NCBI GenBank assembly: GCA_963790205.1
Contig: CAWBNQ010000001.1
Coordinates: 34,688-98,687, forward strand
From: Nitrospirota bacterium
GTDB taxonomy: Bacteria > Nitrospirota > UBA9217
DNA: 64,000 bases
Reading direction: 5' to 3'
The translations under genes and the position numbers were made by a program. Below the pieces are notes generated by a model that saw only the letters and a list, made by a program, of their open reading frames with translations, was not told where the DNA came from and searched no databases. Each line of letters opens with the position of its first letter. The first letter of the stretch is position 1. Positions 59,611 through 64,000 of the stretch are shown here, piece by piece.

Positions 59611-60917
59611 CGGGGAAGCGTCTCCCTCGTGAAGCTCCGTATTTTCCGCTTGATGCGCTCATCACCGCCGTTCGCCAGGTATTCGACAAGGGGAGTCGAA
59701 AAATGCAGCCCGTGCATGATCTTCAAAATTTTCTCCGACTGCATGCGGAGGTTTTCGTCGGAAGCAATGAGGTTCTCGATCAGGCGGCCGGAAAACACCG
59801 TCTTCTCGATTTCTTCGCAAACGCTCTCCTTTGCATAGCCATCGGTCGTCGTGAGCGCATCGAGGAAGACGCTGATTGCCCGGTCGCCGATCATGGTGAG
59901 CGCCAGGGCCGCCTCGTTCCGGACCTGCCAGCTTTCGTCGAAAAGTCTTTTCTCTATTTGCGCGGCGGCCTGTTCACCGCCCTGCGTCTTCACTGCCTTG
60001 ACGGCCTGCAGCCTGACGAACCACACCGGATCGTCGAGCAGAGGAAAGATGAGTTCGGGTTTGTGCACACTTGGAAGGTCGTCCTCGGTGCGTCCCAGCA
60101 CTTTCAGCGCCTTGCTCCTGACCTCGGCGTTCTGGCTCTGCAACTGCTCGGCAGCCAATGCCGCGGACCGCTCATCATCCGGGAGGTGGGAGAGCGTTTC
60201 CAGGATGCAGGAGATGATCCAGGGGTCAGCATGCTCCCCCCGATATGCGGTTAAAAATGGTATCGCAGCAGGCCCGAAGTTCAGGAGCGCCGTTACCATC
60301 GCCTTCCGCGTCACGAGCGATTTTCCGAGAAGAGAAGGCATCCGGTCGATGATTCCCCGGAGGCCCTCCTCAGTGCCTGTTTTGCTCAATGCCCGCACGA
60401 CCACGGACAGGATCTCGGGATCTCGTTCATCCAGGAGCGAAAGGAGCTTGCCCGCAGACTGCTCGCTCTGCATCCGTCCCAGCTTGTCGGCGGCAGATGC
60501 TCTTGTCAGGACATTTCTGTTTGTCAGGCGTTTCTCATAGAAGCCTACATACCCGAGTTCGCAGAAGAGTCTTCGCATCTCTTGCCGGTATCGCTGCTCG
60601 TCCATGAGCTCAAACAGCACGTCCTCAACAGCCTGCCACGCGGCGGATCCCGCAACGGCAGCAAACGCTCGCGCATCCGCACCGGCGCCGGCCGAGGCGA
60701 AGGCCTGGGTCATTTTTTTCCGATACTCTGCCTGCAGGGCGTCCCGTTCCGCGTATTTTCTCTCATGGTACACTCTCCGGAGGATGCTCGCGGCAAGAAG
60801 GATCATGATGATCAGCAGAAGGGCGGCTATGGCAGCTACGATTACAATGATCATCAGATCGCCGTGCAGGGAAAGACGGCCGGCCATCATGTCGTAAGGA
60901 TGTTTTATGTCGCGCAC
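59607..60917 (-). CDS. Membrane-anchored HEAT/PBS-lyase-like repeat protein
   Basis: 436 aa; one N-terminal TM; repeated helical LxxLxD...VR motifs; 4-nt overlap with GT2 gene. Confidence 0.5.
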   Translation of the reverse strand: MRDIKHPYDMMAGRLSLHGDLMIIVIVAAIAALLLIIMILLAASILRRVYHERKYAERDALQAEYRKKMTQAFASAGAGADARAFAAVAGSAAWQAVEDVLFELMDEQRYRQEMRRLFCELGYVGFYEKRLTNRNVLTRASAADKLGRMQSEQSAGKLLSLLDERDPEILSVVVRALSKTGTEEGLRGIIDRMPSLLGKSLVTRKAMVTALLNFGPAAIPFLTAYRGEHADPWIISCILETLSHLPDDERSAALAAEQLQSQNAEVRSKALKVLGRTEDDLPSVHKPELIFPLLDDPVWFVRLQAVKAVKTQGGEQAAAQIEKRLFDESWQVRNEAALALTMIGDRAISVFLDALTTTDGYAKESVCEEIEKTVFSGRLIENLIASDENLRMQSEKILKIMHGLHFSTPLVEYLANGGDERIKRKIRSFTRETLPR

Positions 60918-61615
60918 GATATCATTCCGTTGTCCCGAAAGCTGAAGTGGCCGCCGTCGCCGACGATAATATGATCGAGCACCTGGATGCCGAGCACCTC
61001 GCCGGCCTGGACCAGCCGCCGGGTGAGCAGGATGTCCTCCTGGCTCGGCTTCGTATCGCCGCTCGGATGATTGTGGATGAAGATGACCGCCGCGGCCGAC
61101 TCTCGTATTGCGGCCTTGAACGTGTCGCGCGGATGGACAATGGAAGCGGTGAGGCTCCCGACCGAAACGACCTCGTCCCGGATGATTTTATGTTTCGCAT
61201 CGAGCAGGGCGCACCGGAACATCTCTTTTTTGAGGTCCTTCATCCTCGGCTGGTAATATGCGACGACGTCCCCGCTGGAGCAGAACGACGCTCCGGACAA
61301 GCTCGGCTTCTGGTGCCGCTTCCCCAGCTCGATCGCGGCCTTGATCTCCGCGATTTTGGCGGGGCCGATGCCCTTGACGCCATTCTTCCCGCGAATCTCG
61401 TTGATGCCTGCGCGAGCAATGCCTTCCAGACTGCCGAACTTTTCGAGCAGTTCAATGCCCAGGTCCACCGCAGAGCGGCCCCCCCGGCCGTTCCGGATGA
61501 TGATCGCAAGAAGTTGCGCCTCGGAAAGGCCGTCGGCGCCGTACTTCAGCAGCCGTTCCCGCGGCCGCTCGTCCTCGGGCCAGTCCTTGACAGTCATCGT
61601 CTTGTTCTCAGACAT
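60905..61615 (-). CDS. radC: RadC-family JAB/MPN-domain protein
   Basis: 236 aa; HhH N-terminus, JAMM motif HNHPSGDTKPSQED. Confidence 0.85.
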   Translation of the reverse strand: MSENKTMTVKDWPEDERPRERLLKYGADGLSEAQLLAIIIRNGRGGRSAVDLGIELLEKFGSLEGIARAGINEIRGKNGVKGIGPAKIAEIKAAIELGKRHQKPSLSGASFCSSGDVVAYYQPRMKDLKKEMFRCALLDAKHKIIRDEVVSVGSLTASIVHPRDTFKAAIRESAAAVIFIHNHPSGDTKPSQEDILLTRRLVQAGEVLGIQVLDHIIVGDGGHFSFRDNGMISCAT

Positions 61616-61684
61616 CGCCCCTCCCGTCCCTTAGGCTTTCAGGAGACACCGGGAAAGTATAGATTGTTGTTATATCCCTGTCAA

Positions 61685-61716
61685 ACGAAAAAGGCGGCCG
61701 AAAAATATCGGCCGCC
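61685..61716 (-). terminator. Rho-independent terminator downstream of rubredoxin gene
   Basis: GGCGGCCG-aaaaatat-CGGCCGCC hairpin followed on minus strand by TTTTTCGTTT. Confidence 0.6.
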
Positions 61717-61739
61717 TGCATTACTCCTTGATAGCAGCG

Positions 61740-61874
61740 CTACATCCTCACGAACGCGTCTTTCGGAGCATTGCACACCGGACAGGCCCAATCATCGGGA
61801 AGGTCTTCGAACTTCGTTCCCTCCTTGGCCTCGTCGTACACATAACCGCATATCGTACATCGCCACATCAGCAT
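61740..61874 (-). CDS. rub: Rubredoxin (44 aa; not in supplied ORF track because <60 aa)
   Basis: Hand translation: [44 protein letters not shown]; CxxCG...CPxC iron site. Confidence 0.85.
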   Translation of the reverse strand: MLMWRCTICGYVYDEAKEGTKFEDLPDDWACPVCNAPKDAFVRM

Positions 61875-61986
61875 CTCCTCTTCCGAGAAATCACAAATCT
61901 CAAATTAATTCCAATCTAGAAATTCCAAACGTTTCGATCATGTCGCCCATTGAGATTTGGAGCTTGTTTGTGATTTGGTGCTTTGT

Positions 61987-63201
61987 TTAGAACTTCTTGT
62001 GGTACTCGATAACCTTCTCGGCGAACTGTTTCCCATACTCAAAGCACTTCTTTTCGTCCTCCCGCCCGGGCCGGTACAGGACCTCCACACCCGGCTCCAC
62101 GGCCTCGAGCCCCATCTGTTTGAACACGGCGTAGGCCTCCTTCACCGCGCCGCCGCCCCAGCCAAAGCTGCCGAAGGCCCCCACCATCCGGTCCTTCGGC
62201 CGAAGTCCCCGCAAATACGTCAAAAACTCGGCGACCGTCGGAAACATGATGTTGTTCAGCGTGGGGGTGCCGAGGAGCATGGCCCGGGATTCCCAGAATC
62301 GCTTTGTCGCCGTGCTCATGGGGGTGGCCCGGAGCTTGATGACCTCCACGTCGACCCCCGCGGCCCTGATCCCTTCCATGAGGGGAATGGTCATATACTC
62401 CGTGCTGTGCCACATGGTATCGTAAATGATCACCACCCGGAGATCCGCCTTGCTGTTCGCCATGTCCAGATACATCTGGATGATCCTGGCTGGGTCCTTC
62501 CTCCAGATGACGCCGTGGTCCGGCGCTATCATGTCGATCTCCAGTCGCAACTTTTGGATCTCGGCGATCTTGGCCTTGATGAGCTGGCCAAAAGGCATCA
62601 GAATATTGGCGTAATAATCCCGTATCGCATGGTCGAGCTCGACCGTCGAACATTGGTCGCAATACTCGTCGTCGAACCGGGCGGATGAGGCAAGGTGTTG
62701 GCCGAAGCCGTCCTGGCTGATGAGGAGCTTGTCCTCCTTCACGTAGCTCATCATGGAATCCGGCCAATGGAGCATCGGCGTTTCCAGGAACGTGATCGTT
62801 TTGGTACCCGTGCTGAGCGTATCGCCCGTTTTCACGATCCTGAATTTCCAGCGCGAGGTATCGAAGAAGCGGTCCAGGCCCTTCTTGCCGCGCTCGGTGA
62901 TGTGGATGAGCGCATGGGGCGTCAGTTCCATGACCTCCCCGAGGCTTGTGGCATGATCGTTCTCGATGTGATTGATGACGATGTTTTCTATCTTCGCGGG
63001 GTCCACGAGGCCCCTGATATTGTCGATGGTGTAATGGCAGAACTCATGCTTCACCGTGTCCACCAGCGTGACATGCCGGTCCAGGATGAGATAGTTATTG
63101 TACGTGGTCCCGTTCGGCGTGACGTATCCGTGAAAATCCCGGATCGCCCAGTCGATTGCCCCTACCCAGTAGATGTCGGGTTTGATCTCTACAGCCCCCA
63201 T
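61987..63201 (-). CDS. Flavodiiron protein (rubredoxin:oxygen/NO oxidoreductase, ROO/FprA-like)
   Basis: 404 aa; metallo-beta-lactamase-like domain with diiron H-x-E-x-D-H (HIENDH) + C-terminal flavodoxin domain. Confidence 0.85.
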   Translation of the reverse strand: MGAVEIKPDIYWVGAIDWAIRDFHGYVTPNGTTYNNYLILDRHVTLVDTVKHEFCHYTIDNIRGLVDPAKIENIVINHIENDHATSLGEVMELTPHALIHITERGKKGLDRFFDTSRWKFRIVKTGDTLSTGTKTITFLETPMLHWPDSMMSYVKEDKLLISQDGFGQHLASSARFDDEYCDQCSTVELDHAIRDYYANILMPFGQLIKAKIAEIQKLRLEIDMIAPDHGVIWRKDPARIIQMYLDMANSKADLRVVIIYDTMWHSTEYMTIPLMEGIRAAGVDVEVIKLRATPMSTATKRFWESRAMLLGTPTLNNIMFPTVAEFLTYLRGLRPKDRMVGAFGSFGWGGGAVKEAYAVFKQMGLEAVEPGVEVLYRPGREDEKKCFEYGKQFAEKVIEYHKKF

Positions 63202-63278
63202 AGCAGCCTCCTGTCCCTGAAAGCACGGTGCCTTGCCGATACTGATTGCAGATCATATGATCATATGGAGGAAGGGTT

Positions 63279-63704
63279 TCAGGGCGTTTTCCGCTTCTTC
63301 CTGCATGCGGGACAGTGCCCGTAAAACTCCACGTGACTTCCGATGACCGTAAAGTCCCGGGCAACGCCTCTCGGCACGTCGACGGCGATCTCCCCGGGCA
63401 TGTCCGCAATTTTCCTGCACGTAAGACAGATGAGATGATGGTGAAGGGTGGTATCGGGATCGTAGCGTTTCCTGTCGGGATCGATGGTCAGTTCCCGGAC
63501 GGTCCCTGAGCGCGTCAGGGTCTTCAGCGTATTATATACGGTCGCGAACGACATAGAGCGATACTTTTTAGACACAGCCCGGTAGATTTCTTCCGCCGAG
63601 GGGTGTGCGGTATTGCCGTCGAGATAGTCGAGGATCGCGAGGCGCTGCGGGGTCCGCTTGATTCCGATGCCGAGACTCTTTTTCTGAGAATTCTTTGCAC
63701 GCAT
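63279..63704 (-). CDS. perR: Fur-family peroxide-responsive repressor (PerR-like)
   Basis: 141 aa; Fur-family HTH, HHHLICLTC and CPAC metal sites; genomic context with ROO/rubredoxin. Confidence 0.75.
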   Translation of the reverse strand: MRAKNSQKKSLGIGIKRTPQRLAILDYLDGNTAHPSAEEIYRAVSKKYRSMSFATVYNTLKTLTRSGTVRELTIDPDRKRYDPDTTLHHHLICLTCRKIADMPGEIAVDVPRGVARDFTVIGSHVEFYGHCPACRKKRKTP

Positions 63705-63744
63705 ATATTAGAATTAATATAAGGTAAGAACACCACCCTGTCAA
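63705..63744 (-). promoter_or_regulatory. perR promoter (TTGACA-N16-TTATAT) with overlapping PerR/Fur-box-like 7-1-7 operator; near-leaderless
   Basis: Minus-strand read: ccTTGACAgggtggtgttcttaccTTATATTAATTCTAATAT-ATG; TTATATTAATTCTAA matches B. subtilis Per-box consensus TTATAATNATTATAA at 13/15. Confidence 0.45.
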
Positions 63745-63931
63745 GGGATTTCCCTGCGCCCGGCCTGAACACGGCGTTCCTGCCCCGCAGCTAAAAAAAA
63801 GAGACAGGACCAGTCGGCCTGCCTCTTGTGAATTCCGGAATGAGCGCATTCCCCGCGGATGCCGGTACGAACCTTCATTTGCTGCAGGGGCTTCAATATC
63901 GCTGCAAGGGAATGGTGCGAGAACTGCGGTA

Positions 63932-64000
63932 TTATTTTTGCCCGTGTTGCTCCGCCACCTGGATCCGGATCATGGCCCTGAGCAGATCGATGCGCGCCTT
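63932..64000 (-). CDS. 3' end of an unidentified gene running off the window
   Basis: Minus-frame reads ...IDLLRAMIRIQVAEQHGQK-stop; too short to classify. Confidence 0.2.
   Translation of the reverse strand, partial: KARIDLLRAMIRIQVAEQHGQK

Noticed and set aside
1-64000. tRNA, rRNA, transposase or integrase genes
   Set aside because: No cloverleaf-compatible GC-rich about 75-nt segments, no rRNA-like regions, and no ORF with DDE/tyrosine-recombinase motifs were seen

Overview
This 64 kb window is high-GC chromosomal DNA that looks deltaproteobacterial (Desulfobacterota-like) and anaerobic, judging from the Rd/ROO/PerR module, a c-type-heme sensor kinase, a standalone NuoEFG-like module and NapH-like and two-CW proteins. 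I found no rRNA, tRNA, CRISPR array or transposase.

Main gene content, in order:
- A cNMP-binding protein followed by a standalone NuoE/F/G-like flavoprotein and Fe-S module.
- A complete oppABCDF-type peptide ABC transporter on the minus strand.
- A cell-envelope cluster: a TPR protein, a TolB-like beta-propeller, an 814+ aa lipoprotein with CarbopepD-reg, PEGA and TPR domains that carries two apparent frameshifts, and a small CarbopepD lipoprotein.
- Two ABC-F ATPases: EttA and a Uup-like paralog.
- A lipid-linked glycosylation cluster: a GtrB-GtrA fusion GT2 plus three GT-C membrane transferases (TMTC-like with TPR, DUF2029/GT87-like, ArnT/GT83-like).
- Nucleotide and second-messenger enzymes: an HDAC-like protein, an HD-GYP phosphodiesterase with a zinc ribbon, and an Apa2-like Ap4A phosphorylase.
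- A convergent sensor histidine kinase and REC-only protein, the kinase carrying a CxxCH heme-c motif in its periplasmic sensor domain.
- A frameshifted HI0933-family flavoprotein.
- An unusual HPF fused to a cold-shock domain.
- DUF2156, REC-PilZ and pterin-binding methyltransferase-like proteins.
- A lower-GC island with an MmeI-family Type IIL restriction-modification enzyme and a four-helix-bundle (23S-IVS family) protein interrupted by GTCCGTG-type repeats.
- A NapH-like polyferredoxin plus a Cys/Trp-rich two-CW-like protein, ADP-forming acetyl-CoA synthetase alpha and beta subunits, an ArsA-like ATPase and a CHRD protein.
- A 6-phosphofructokinase translationally coupled to a membrane metallophosphoesterase.
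- A synthase-dependent exopolysaccharide locus: RadC, a HEAT-repeat protein, a PgaC-like GT2 synthase, a PgaA-like TPR/beta-barrel, an LtaS/BcsG-like transferase and an amidohydrolase.
- A perR - flavodiiron (ROO) - rubredoxin oxidative-stress operon. The 44-aa rubredoxin is absent from the ORF track and was found by hand.

Non-coding candidates are a promoter-to-terminator unit of about 225 nt with no ORF (a putative sRNA), several Rho-independent terminators and a PerR-box-like operator.

The most novel-looking systems are the four-GT lipid-linked glycosylation cluster and the modified-EPS locus.
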